Assembly: GCA_047630395.1 (NCBI GenBank)
Contig: JBLHXM010000004.1
Span: 867-64,866, forward strand
From: Dokdonia sp.
GTDB taxonomy: Bacteria; Bacteroidota; Bacteroidia; Flavobacteriales; Flavobacteriaceae
Direction: 5' to 3'
DNA length: 64,000 bases
In this document: positions 56,401 through 64,000 of the stretch, in pieces
Position numbering within the stretch: the stretch's first letter is position 1
Layout: each line of letters begins with the position of its first letter
Position numbers and translations under genes: made by a program
The notes under the pieces: model-generated
Told to the model about the DNA's origin: nothing
The model's input: the letters and a program-made list of their open reading frames with translations, nothing else
Database searches by the model: none

Positions 56401-56818
56401 CGGGGATAAATTGTTGACTTCGTATCAGAGGGATGTGACTACTTTTGAATCAAAACTTTTACTCAACAGGGGAAAAGGAGGTTTTGAGGTAATGGCCTTG
56501 CCTGCACTTGCGCAAACGGCTCCTATATTGGACATTATCAAAGAAGATCTCAACGCCGATGGATATGAAGATCTTGTCGTTGTGGGTAATATCTATGAGT
56601 CTGAGGTAGAGACACCACGCTATGATACGGGATCTGGAATACTGTTATTTTCAGATACTAAAGGAGGGTACACGGCTGTAAGCCCTGCTTCTAATGGCTT
56701 GTATATTGATGGTAATGCAAAGAGTTTATTGAAACTTCAGCATACAGGTACTGCCAAGAATTTAGTACTGGTTGGCATAAATAATGGGCCGCTTCAAGCC
56801 TATGAGATCAAAAGATAG
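53480..56818 (+). CDS. VCBS/FG-GAP repeat lipoprotein with ASPIC/UnbV domain (CRTAC1 family)
   Basis: Lipobox 'MLSCG'. More than 10 'D(V/I)NNDGxxD(L/I)' FG-GAP calcium-binding repeats, and the UnbV-like 'VRVNLKGSTSEPFAKITIQYG...KGYLSATENVAHFGLG'. Confidence 0.8.
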   Translation: MKKVFGLIALGLMLSCGENSTEKAVSEDSPTVIQEVANLFEQIPSSQSGITFANTLKENVGTLENLFDFDYFYNGAGVGIVDVNNDGLQDLFFTGNQVENKLYLNKGNLQFEDISESAGVNVGKQWANGVTFADVNNDGWMDIYVSQGGPKQAIDRKNVLYLNEEGVRFRESAQSLNIADDGISTQSIFFDYDNDGDLDLVVSNENEFYGLDPQRFFKTMEIEKNLAKSSVQLYENTGNSYVKVTKKAGLLKPSFGLGPIVSDINNDGWLDIYVANDYYVPDVMYINNGDGTFTDKIKEQTKQVSFYGMGVDIADINNDNLQDIFVLDMAASDHVRSKTLMASMNEDRFNMLVDDFGFAHQYMFNSLQLNQGNGKFHNVVQQAHMAKTDWSWAGLIADLDNDSWRDVYVTNGYRRYALDNDLQGQVRETQRAFQGKVPLDVKQKLYDAMPTEKLSNIMFHNKGDINFKNVAYQWGLAAPSYSNGGAYADLDNDGDLELVVSNIDDEAFLFKNNASEKKIGNYVRVNLKGSTSEPFAKITIQYGAEEQVYEVKRTKGYLSATENVAHFGLGTITSIDKIKVHWLSGKVEERTNVDVNRVLLFDEVDATGNALAVFGKKIYTEGSYAFAKATPIGLQFTHKENTYNDFSLEVLLPYKQSTLGPAMAKGDANGDGLEDIYVGGASGQAGVLFLQNATGFKKSLQPAFAKSAASEDMESLFFDADGDGDQDLVVVSGGNTLEDGAAAYKNRLYLNTEGVFKSSDLGDDATSSKSIAAIDYDADGDADLIVGNRIQPHHFPVSAPSIIYRNDSGVFTDVTERVAPGLKDFGIVNKVIQTDFDADGDPDFMVVGEWTHIGMFQNNNGVFEEVSKEYGVDQQKGWWFTITETDVNKDGLPDYIVGNIGANVKYKASVAKPFKVFASDFDDNGTFDLVLSNEYNGNYVPARGKECSTQQMPFVSDKFETYADFANATLSDIYGDKLLTSYQRDVTTFESKLLLNRGKGGFEVMALPALAQTAPILDIIKEDLNADGYEDLVVVGNIYESEVETPRYDTGSGILLFSDTKGGYTAVSPASNGLYIDGNAKSLLKLQHTGTAKNLVLVGINNGPLQAYEIKR
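53981..53996. repeat. palindrome, exact, 16 bp
   Basis: Inside the VCBS/CRTAC1 gene, read as R-F-R-E-S. Confidence 0.95.
55352..55365. repeat. palindrome GCTTTCGCGAAAGC, exact
   Basis: Second copy inside the VCBS/CRTAC1 gene, read as A-F-A-K-A. Confidence 0.95.
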
Positions 56819-56819
56819 C

Positions 56820-58097
56820 CTAGTAGTCGTACTTATCCTTCCAGCGAGATTTTAAATAATCTCGAAGTGCATTCTCTCGAGCGCTGTGACCAGGGTCGTA
56901 TAATTTTGTGTTTTGGATAGCTTCTGGTAAAAACTCTTGGGCCACGAAATTACCAGGATAATCATGAGAATATTTGTAGTTATTACCATACCCAATCTCT
57001 TTCATTAAGGTTGTAGGGGCATTTCTAAGCGGTAGGGGTACTGGAAGATCACCTGTCTCCTTTACGAGCTTCTGGGCCTTCCCAATAGCCAAGTACGAGG
57101 CGTTACTCTTTGCCGATGAGGCTAAATAGGTAACACATTGACTCAGTATGATGCGAGCTTCGGGATATCCTATGGTGTTTACAGCCTGAAAACAATTAGT
57201 AGCGACGACTAAAGCGGTAGGGTTTGCATTTCCAATATCTTCAGATGCAGTAATAATCAAACGACGTGCTATAAATTTCACATCTTCCCCACCTTCAATC
57301 ATTCGGGCAAGCCAATAGACGGCTGCATTGGGATCACTACCTCGGATCGACTTGATAAAGGCAGATATAATATCGTAATGTTGTTCGCCAGTTTTGTCAT
57401 AGAGTACCGTGTTTTGCTGTACTTTAGACATAACCATGTCATTGGTGATCGTTACTTTCTGATTAGATTCTGTAGTGATAATAAGCTCAAAAATATTGAG
57501 AAGTTTTCGTGCATCACCACCGCTAAGGCGCAATAAGGCTTCGGTTTCTTTGAGTATAATTTCTTTGTTCTGTAATACGGTGTCCGTTTTAATCGCACGT
57601 TGCAATAGCGCTTCAAGATCTGCCTTGTCAAAAGGTTTTAGAATATATACCTGACATCGAGACAGCAAGGCGGGAATTACTTCAAAACTCGGATTTTCAG
57701 TGGTGGCACCTATAAGCGTTACCCAACCTTTTTCGACGGCACCTAAGAGCGAGTCTTGCTGCGATTTGCTAAATCGATGGATCTCATCGATAAAGAGAAT
57801 TGGGTTCTTTTGTGTAAAAAGTCCTCCGCTTTGTTTCGCTTTGTCGATTACATCTCTTATGTCTTTTACGCCACTGTTAATAGCACTTAAAGTATAAAAT
57901 GGACGTTTTGATTCATTCGCAATAATGGTCGCTAAAGTGGTTTTTCCAATGCCGGGAGGTCCCCATAAAATTAACGAAGGAATCACTCCAGCTCTAATGA
58001 CCTGGGTTAGGGAGCCTTCAGGCCCAATTAGGTGGTGCTGACTAAGATAATCGTCGAGTGTTTTTGGGCGTAAACGTTCCGCAAGAGGTGCATTCAT
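56820..58097 (-). CDS. rarA: replication-associated recombination protein A (AAA+ ATPase)
   Basis: Walker A 'GPPGIGKTT', Walker B 'LFIDEIHRF' and a MgsA C-terminal domain. Confidence 0.9.
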   Translation of the reverse strand: MNAPLAERLRPKTLDDYLSQHHLIGPEGSLTQVIRAGVIPSLILWGPPGIGKTTLATIIANESKRPFYTLSAINSGVKDIRDVIDKAKQSGGLFTQKNPILFIDEIHRFSKSQQDSLLGAVEKGWVTLIGATTENPSFEVIPALLSRCQVYILKPFDKADLEALLQRAIKTDTVLQNKEIILKETEALLRLSGGDARKLLNIFELIITTESNQKVTITNDMVMSKVQQNTVLYDKTGEQHYDIISAFIKSIRGSDPNAAVYWLARMIEGGEDVKFIARRLIITASEDIGNANPTALVVATNCFQAVNTIGYPEARIILSQCVTYLASSAKSNASYLAIGKAQKLVKETGDLPVPLPLRNAPTTLMKEIGYGNNYKYSHDYPGNFVAQEFLPEAIQNTKLYDPGHSARENALRDYLKSRWKDKYDY

Positions 58098-58198
58098 GTT
58101 GTAAAAATAGGTATTTTGACTATGGATAATATGACAATATTACTTCTAAAGCAGATTTGGAAAGTATTTTGTATACATAAATCGGAAACTTAAAGTAT

Positions 58199-58966
58199 AT
58201 GAAAAAGGAACAGGAGCCATTTCAATTTAGTTTAGGGGTATTAATTTACCCTATGCTTTTTGTGCTAACTATTTGGACGATCTTATCCATAGAGGTTAAT
58301 TTTGGAATGAATTTTACTACTTGGGGAGTGCGTCCGCGTACTGGTTTGGGATTGCGAGGGATCTTGTTTTCTCCCTTCATTCATTCAGGTGTCACGCATT
58401 TATGGCATAATACAGGGCCTTTGTTAATCCTGAGTATGGCCTTGTTTTATTTCTACAGACCTATCGCATGGAAAGTATTGCTTTTGATTCTTCTCATGAG
58501 TGGCTTTGGAACGTGGCTCATCGGTAGGCCATCCTATCACATTGGCATGAGTGGGGTGATATATGGTTTAGTTTCCTTTCTCTTTTTGAAAGGAGTTGTG
58601 GCCAAGCACAAACGGCTTATCGCCTTATCGCTGGTGGTGGTTTTTTTGTACGGTAGTCTTATTTGGGGAACGATGCCTATGAAGGATGGTGTTTCTTGGG
58701 AAGGTCATCTCTCTGGTTTTATTGCTGGTGGATTGTTGGCATTATACTTTCGTAAAAGCATACCGAAACCACAAAAGTACATTTGGGAATCTCCAGAGTA
58801 TAAGGAAGAGGAAGATCCGTTTATGCAGCACTTTGATGCTGATGGGAATTTTATAGAAACCCAGCCAGAAGAGGGGCTGTTAGATGAAGCGCCAGATGTG
58901 TTGCCATCCGTGAAAATTCATTATGTCTTTCGTCCTAAAAACACTTCTAAAGAGAATGATTTATAG
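58199..58966 (+). CDS. rhomboid-family intramembrane serine protease
   Basis: 'GMSGVIYGL' GxSG motif, the catalytic His in 'WEGHLSGFIAG', and six TM helices. Confidence 0.8.
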   Translation: MKKEQEPFQFSLGVLIYPMLFVLTIWTILSIEVNFGMNFTTWGVRPRTGLGLRGILFSPFIHSGVTHLWHNTGPLLILSMALFYFYRPIAWKVLLLILLMSGFGTWLIGRPSYHIGMSGVIYGLVSFLFLKGVVAKHKRLIALSLVVVFLYGSLIWGTMPMKDGVSWEGHLSGFIAGGLLALYFRKSIPKPQKYIWESPEYKEEEDPFMQHFDADGNFIETQPEEGLLDEAPDVLPSVKIHYVFRPKNTSKENDL

Positions 58967-59704
58967 CCGTTGTCTAAGAACTTCGTACAAAAAGGCGCCA
59001 CAGGCAACAGATACATTCAAAGATGAAATTTCACCATGTAAAGGTAGTTTTGCTTTGTGATCGGCAATTTTTAGTACGCCAGACGACACTCCGCTGTCTT
59101 CACGTCCCATCACAATGGCAATGGGTGTAGTAAGAGTGATGTCGTAGATGACTTTATCACTTTTTTCTGACGCAGCTACTACTTGAATCCCTGAACCTTG
59201 TAAATAGTAAATCGCATCTTTGATATGATCTACTTTGGCGATCGGCACATTAAATGCAGCACCTGCAGATGTCTTTACGGCAACTCCATTTAGTGGTGCG
59301 CCTCCTTTTTTGGCGATAATGATACCGTGAACACCTGTACATTCAGCGGTACGGATAATAGCACCAAAATTACGCACATCAGACAACTGGTCCAAAATGA
59401 CAAAGAGTGGGGTTTCACCGGACTCTAACGTCTTCGTAACGAGGTCTTCGAAATCGTGAAAGCTAATAGGAGAAATCGTAGCAACTGCACCTTGGTGGTT
59501 CTGTTGCGTAAGTCGGTTCAGTTTTTCAATAGGCACGTAGGACGAATTGAGGCCATTCTTCTTAATAAGCGTATTTAACTCACTCGTAAGGGCGTTGTTA
59601 AGTTCGCGTTGTAAGAAGATCTTGTCTATTTCTTTACCGGCTTGTATTGCTTCAATAATGGCTCTGGTGCCAAATATTTGTGTTTCATTCTCCATAGTGC
59701 GCAA
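58961..59704 (-). CDS. rlmB: 23S rRNA (guanosine-2'-O)-methyltransferase RlmB-type
   Basis: N-terminal 'FGTRAIIEAI' substrate-binding domain and SPOUT motifs 'NFGAIIRTAE', 'MGREDSGVS' and 'SLNVSVACG'. An alternative ATG lies at 59695. Confidence 0.8.
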   Translation of the reverse strand: MRTMENETQIFGTRAIIEAIQAGKEIDKIFLQRELNNALTSELNTLIKKNGLNSSYVPIEKLNRLTQQNHQGAVATISPISFHDFEDLVTKTLESGETPLFVILDQLSDVRNFGAIIRTAECTGVHGIIIAKKGGAPLNGVAVKTSAGAAFNVPIAKVDHIKDAIYYLQGSGIQVVAASEKSDKVIYDITLTTPIAIVMGREDSGVSSGVLKIADHKAKLPLHGEISSLNVSVACGAFLYEVLRQRL

Positions 59705-59756
59705 AGATACAGTATAATATTAAAGTATGGAGCCACAATGATCGGTTAGAAATACA

Positions 59757-59783
59757 AAAGCCACTCGAAGGAGTGGCTTTTTA
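59757..59783 (-). terminator. rho-independent terminator after the ASST-like gene
   Basis: Stem AGCCACTC (59759-59766) / GAGTGGCT (59771-59778), loop GAAG, with T-runs on both strands. Confidence 0.7.
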
Positions 59784-59799
59784 AAAACGGTATTCTGTA

Positions 59800-61455
59800 T
59801 TATTTTTTTATAAATTTCCGAATGCTAGTTTGTTGGTCTGAATGGATTTGCAGTAAGTATATTCCAGCAGAAAGAGTACGGACATCTATTCGAGTTTCAG
59901 AATGTGAAGACAATTGACGGCCATTGAGATCATAGATTTCAAAGCGACTTTCAGTATCTGTGCCTTGAACCGTAAGGAAGTCTGTCGTGGGATTTGGATA
60001 CATTGTTATCGCTATGGCGGTAAATGCTTCTGTGCTTAATAGCTCACAGCCATCTGCGGCAGGATTTTGCTCAATAACACCTGTAGGTGTTAAATCACGG
60101 CCATCAAACGCTGCGTAATCAGGCGCGTATCTCAACGCTCGAAAAAGGCGTGTTTGAAAATCGGCAGCATCTTCTCCATCAGACAGTATCTGACTATTAC
60201 CCAAAGGGCTTTGATATTCCCAAACAGTTTCTCCATCAGGTGTTACTTCGAAAAGAAAGCCAAAGGGACCGTTAGCGATTAAGATATTACCATTAGGCAA
60301 TTGTTGGCTACCTGATAAGAAGGAGGCAAAGAAGTTTGTAGGATCTGTAGGATCCGTATATTCAAAATCAATAGTATCTGGGCCATATGCACCGCCATCA
60401 TATACGTAGTTATTGGTAGTCGTGTCAAATTCAGGATCAATAATTTGAATGGCTGTAAAGCCAAAATCGGGACCATTATTAAAGATCTGAATCTTTCCAG
60501 CGTCTGGGAAGCCTGCTGTTATAAAGTGAACATCGTGCATGGCACTTAGTACTTGGTCATCAACGGTTCCTTGTTTGTATGAAGCTGGATTTCCATAACG
60601 ATAGAGAATATCACCTCCTCGATTACTAAGTCCGCCAGAAGAGGTTGCTGCTTCAGCTGTGGTGGTGGAGTGATCAATGATGATGAATTCATCTAGATTT
60701 CTATTACTGATAGATATTTGATCGCGTTCGACATTATAGCTCATCGAATTAGAATGTAACCAGTCGGCCTCGCCGAGGCTAGTTCCGAAATTAAAATCTA
60801 GAAGCTCGGGGTGATCACCAACAATCCCAAAATTGGCTTTGGTGGCATCGAAGTCTTGGACAAGGTGATCCCAAGCGCGCCATTCCCAAACAATAGTGTA
60901 GTCACTAGTACCCTGTGGTTGGATTTCAATAGCCGTTTCCTCATAAAGTTCATTTGTGGACATCGTTAGGGGATCTCGGCCTTGGGCGATGGCTTCTGTG
61001 TCTGACATTCGCTCTGCGACGAGCAATAGGATGTTGCCGTTTTCTAAAACGACAAAATCGTGATGGAAGCTAGCGTCTGTAGATGATATGGTCGCTGCCC
61101 AAATAAGGTTGCCATCCCAATCGAGATGTTCTATGCGGCCCGTGTTTCCAGGATAGGCTAAGGTAGATTGATTATCTACTACAGAACGATATAAAGAGCC
61201 ATCTTCCATGAGATAGTCTGTACTGAATAGTGGAAAGGGCGATTCCCATTGATTGATTGTTTCACCACAGTTATTGATAAGGTAGGTGTATCGCGGTGTG
61301 ATGGACGTTCTAGGTGAAAAGAGGGTATACCCAGCAAATGAATCTGAGGTATTAGTTAGCGTTCCTACTGTATTCTGGCCTGATACGTCAGGGAATGAAG
61401 CGAGTATAACAAGCGTTAGTAGTATGTTAGTTTTGAGATACTGAATAAGGGACAT
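59800..61455 (-). CDS. arylsulfotransferase (ASST)-like beta-propeller protein with a T9SS C-terminal sorting domain
   Basis: 'FHHDFVVLENGNILLL' and 'ADWLHSNSMSYN' ASST-like motifs. C-terminal 'MYPNPTTDFLTVQG...GIYLLQIHSDQQTSIRKFIKK'. Confidence 0.65.
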   Translation of the reverse strand: MSLIQYLKTNILLTLVILASFPDVSGQNTVGTLTNTSDSFAGYTLFSPRTSITPRYTYLINNCGETINQWESPFPLFSTDYLMEDGSLYRSVVDNQSTLAYPGNTGRIEHLDWDGNLIWAATISSTDASFHHDFVVLENGNILLLVAERMSDTEAIAQGRDPLTMSTNELYEETAIEIQPQGTSDYTIVWEWRAWDHLVQDFDATKANFGIVGDHPELLDFNFGTSLGEADWLHSNSMSYNVERDQISISNRNLDEFIIIDHSTTTAEAATSSGGLSNRGGDILYRYGNPASYKQGTVDDQVLSAMHDVHFITAGFPDAGKIQIFNNGPDFGFTAIQIIDPEFDTTTNNYVYDGGAYGPDTIDFEYTDPTDPTNFFASFLSGSQQLPNGNILIANGPFGFLFEVTPDGETVWEYQSPLGNSQILSDGEDAADFQTRLFRALRYAPDYAAFDGRDLTPTGVIEQNPAADGCELLSTEAFTAIAITMYPNPTTDFLTVQGTDTESRFEIYDLNGRQLSSHSETRIDVRTLSAGIYLLQIHSDQQTSIRKFIKK

Positions 61456-61483
61456 AGGGAAGGGATTTAAAATTTAGGCTAAA

Positions 61484-61514
61484 ATAAAAAAAGCATCCCG
61501 AAAGGGATGCTTTT
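61484..61514 (-). terminator. rho-independent terminator after the lipoprotein gene
   Basis: Stem GCATCCC (61493-61499) / GGGATGC (61504-61510), loop GAAA, with a long T-run on the minus strand. Confidence 0.75.
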
Positions 61515-61537
61515 AATATAATTAAAATGGGATTTTA

Positions 61538-62545
61538 TTACTGCTTACTCCAGTTTAGAGTAGTCTGAATTGCACCACCACAATCACCTGTTTCGTCATC
61601 TGTAAAGTTTAAAACAAATGCACTATCATCTTGGAAATCATATGCACCAAACTCACCTGTTGGTGGGCCTACTGTGATTCCAGCTGAGCACTGTAAACCA
61701 GTACCACTTCCTGGAGGAAAAGAAACTGCACCACAAATATAATTTAAGGTGTAAGTTCTAGTATTTCCAAACCCTAAAGCTGCAAGATAGTCAGCGTCAA
61801 AAAGACGTTGCGTTTCGTCAAGAACAGTTTCTGTTCCTGGGATGTTACCATCTTCATCATTTTCAATTAGCGTCAAAATTACGCCACCACCATCTGGATC
61901 GAAAGTATCGTATCCAAAGATAGAAGGAGTTACTTGCTCAACATTGTAGCCACCTACAAATGTTTCGTCCTCAACTGGACAAACCACTGGAGTTGAATAC
62001 TGGAATGGAGAAGCAAAGAAACCTCCTGTAATGATTCCCCCTGCGTTATCAGAAGAGAATACACGACCATCTGTTAAGTTAAGAACTAAACGAGTTGTAA
62101 ATCTATCTCCTCCGAAAATGTTTTCATCAGAAAGATTTACTAAAGATAGCATCTCAGTTAAAGGAATAGTCAAAGTGTAACGAGGTAGGCCAAAAGGACC
62201 CGTAGTCCACTCACTAGCAGGTACAGACTTTACAGCAACTTCAGTACCTACGATACCACCAGTAGAATCTCCAACAGCATCTGAACCATCAGTAAACGTA
62301 AGAAATACGTCCATACTTTCAAGTAAAGCTCCGCCCTGTGCATCTTGCTCTTCAAGAAGAACAGAGAATTGAGCATCAGCAACGCCAATCGGTAGAGAGT
62401 TTGAGATGATACTCACCCCTCTTAAAACAGCACCTCTCTCAACAGTTTCCTGTACTAGATCAGTAACATTTTGTTCATCATCGTCACAGGATGCCATTCC
62501 TAAAAGAACGGCACTGACTGCGATATATTTAAATATGTTTTTCAT
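61538..62545 (-). CDS. PUL-associated surface lipoprotein, function unknown
   Basis: Lipobox 'LGMASCDDD'. Located immediately downstream of the SusD-like gene. Confidence 0.45.
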   Translation of the reverse strand: MKNIFKYIAVSAVLLGMASCDDDEQNVTDLVQETVERGAVLRGVSIISNSLPIGVADAQFSVLLEEQDAQGGALLESMDVFLTFTDGSDAVGDSTGGIVGTEVAVKSVPASEWTTGPFGLPRYTLTIPLTEMLSLVNLSDENIFGGDRFTTRLVLNLTDGRVFSSDNAGGIITGGFFASPFQYSTPVVCPVEDETFVGGYNVEQVTPSIFGYDTFDPDGGGVILTLIENDEDGNIPGTETVLDETQRLFDADYLAALGFGNTRTYTLNYICGAVSFPPGSGTGLQCSAGITVGPPTGEFGAYDFQDDSAFVLNFTDDETGDCGGAIQTTLNWSKQ

Positions 62546-62566
62546 AATTATTTAGACGTTTTGATA

Positions 62567-64000
62567 TTAATTAGCAACAGGGAATCCGCCTGACGCTGAA
62601 GATGCTGGGTTATTATCCCAAAATACTTGAACGGCTTGGTTCGCTTTCTGTGCAATGTTTGGATTTGCATTTACAGCACCAGCAGCATAAGGGAAAGAGC
62701 GTGGGAACCCACCTGGATCCGGCTCTAAGTTAGGCTGTAGTGTTGTAGGGTATCCAGTTCTTCTGTAGAAGTTATAAGCTTCTGCACCACCACCGAACAT
62801 TGTTATCCAGTATTGTGTTGCAAGAACATCCCATCTATCATCACCTGTAGAGGTGTTGAAGTCAGCTACCTGATCTGCAATAAAATCAGAAACATCACCA
62901 GCATCTGGATCAAATGAAGTATCGTGGTTCGCATCAAGTGCCCCGAAAGATTGAACTTTAGCGATTGACTTTTCTAAACCAGCTTGTAAGAAACCAGCAG
63001 CTAAACCAGGATTACCTCCTGCTAAAGCAGCTTCTGCTCTCATGAAATCAACATAAGAAGCAAGAATCATTGGCTCAATACCAGCACCTGCTCCACCAAG
63101 ACCAAGACCTACACCACCAAATGTATCATCATCAAATAAACCTCCAGCAGGATAAACACCTGAAGCAGTTCTAAAGAAGTTATCAGGAGGAGTACCATCG
63201 TCATCACCATGATCACGTCCCCAGTATCCATTTTCAAGGAAACAGTAAGTGAAACCACCGTCAGTATAATGAACTGGAGGTGTCTCTAAAGAACATGAAA
63301 TAGTTTCACCGTTACCATCTGGCTCACATGATGCACCAGGAGTACAGCTAGCTTGACGATAGAAGTAATAACGAAGACGAGGATCATTTGATTCTTGCAT
63401 CGTGTTCATCATCCAGTTAGACTGGTATCTGTTCGCTCCTGAAGGAGTGTAATCTGAAAAGTAATCGGGGTGTTGTGTATTAGGTAATAACAACTGAGAT
63501 CCATATTGGAATACTAAATCATCATCAGAACTAGAAATAAAGTTTCCAGCCGTAACGAGTGCATTGAAAGTTCCTAAGTCTCCTGTTGTAAGAGCCGCTT
63601 TCATTTTAAGCGTATTGATCATTTTTAACCATTTTGCAGTGTCTCCATCGTAGAATACATCTACACCAAGACCTGGAGCTAAACCTGCTCCGTCTACTTG
63701 CATTAATGCAGCAGCGGTATCAAGAAGAGCAATAGCAGCAGTATACACTGTAGCACCTGGATCTAAACTTGGATCTGGAAATTCTGCAGGATTAACAGCT
63801 TCAGAAAAAGGAATATCTCCGATGTAATCTACCATTAAAAGTAGCGCATGTGCAGACATAGCTTTAGAAGCTCCTAATTGAAAGCTTAAATTAACTTCTG
63901 GAGAGGCGGCAGCAACAGTTTCGATCTCTTTACTGTTGATCAAAATATTACTGTACAATCTGTTCCAGTTGCCATTTAAACTGTTTCCTGTAAGTCCTGC
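62567..64000 (-). CDS. SusD/RagB-family nutrient-binding outer-membrane lipoprotein (5' end outside the window)
   Basis: The frame remains open to the window edge upstream of the tracked ORF. 'YWITMFGGGAEAYNFYRRTGYP' is a SusD-like C-terminal motif. Confidence 0.75.
   Translation of the reverse strand, partial: AGLTGNSLNGNWNRLYSNILINSKEIETVAAASPEVNLSFQLGASKAMSAHALLLMVDYIGDIPFSEAVNPAEFPDPSLDPGATVYTAAIALLDTAAALMQVDGAGLAPGLGVDVFYDGDTAKWLKMINTLKMKAALTTGDLGTFNALVTAGNFISSSDDDLVFQYGSQLLLPNTQHPDYFSDYTPSGANRYQSNWMMNTMQESNDPRLRYYFYRQASCTPGASCEPDGNGETISCSLETPPVHYTDGGFTYCFLENGYWGRDHGDDDGTPPDNFFRTASGVYPAGGLFDDDTFGGVGLGLGGAGAGIEPMILASYVDFMRAEAALAGGNPGLAAGFLQAGLEKSIAKVQSFGALDANHDTSFDPDAGDVSDFIADQVADFNTSTGDDRWDVLATQYWITMFGGGAEAYNFYRRTGYPTTLQPNLEPDPGGFPRSFPYAAGAVNANPNIAQKANQAVQVFWDNNPASSASGGFPVAN

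Noticed and set aside
56818-56820. Convergent genes with essentially no spacer (VCBS/rarA at 56818/56820, and a rhomboid/rlmB overlap at 58961-58966), considered as a special regulatory arrangement.
   Set aside because: Tight convergent packing is common in compact bacterial genomes, and no hairpin or other structure is visible there.
55366-64000. Absence of the palindrome in the last 8.6 kb (the PUL region) as evidence of horizontal acquisition.
   Set aside because: A palindrome-free stretch of similar length occurs elsewhere (33.7-42.1 kb), so the absence is not informative at this sample size.

Overview
This is a 64-kb chromosomal segment that looks like a Flavobacteriia (Bacteroidota) genome. 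Supporting signs are T9SS C-terminal sorting domains, a SusD-type lipoprotein, TAnnTTTG -7 boxes, many lipoprotein signal peptides and roughly 40% GC by eye. Gene content from left to right: (1) The 3' end of alaS, a GSCFA protein and a decayed rhodanese. (2) A TetR regulator followed by a near-complete phenylacetate catabolic cluster, paaE-A-B-C-D-G-H-I-J-Z-ech-Y (2.7-14.6 kb). Its PaaZ carries an extra C-terminal DUF1569/DinB-like domain, and no paaK is present in the window. (3) A 15.4-30.7 kb block of redox, envelope and DUF547 genes that includes a seven-gene ArsM/ArsS-type radical-SAM (arsenosugar-type) operon and its associated GT2. (4) tRNA-Phe, then housekeeping genes: an ECF sigma factor, an NhaP antiporter, era, fabD, folA, queE, mpl, radC, rarA, rlmB and a rhomboid protease. 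(5) A LexA-like repressor coupled to DUF2461, and a four-gene envelope operon that ends in a 1112-aa VCBS/CRTAC1 protein. (6) A PUL fragment with a partial SusD, a lipoprotein and an ASST-like T9SS protein. The most unusual signal is not a gene. The palindrome GCTTTCGCGAAAGC (extended consensus TACGCTTTCGCGAAAGCGTA) occurs 13 times exactly and at least 10 more times in near or degenerate form. Most copies lie inside ORFs, in all three reading frames (AFAKA, FRES, LSRK). That pattern points to a DNA-level, HIP1-like genome-wide signal of unknown function. Two REP/MITE-like hairpin elements bracket paaH. All family assignments come from motif recognition by eye, and no searches were run.
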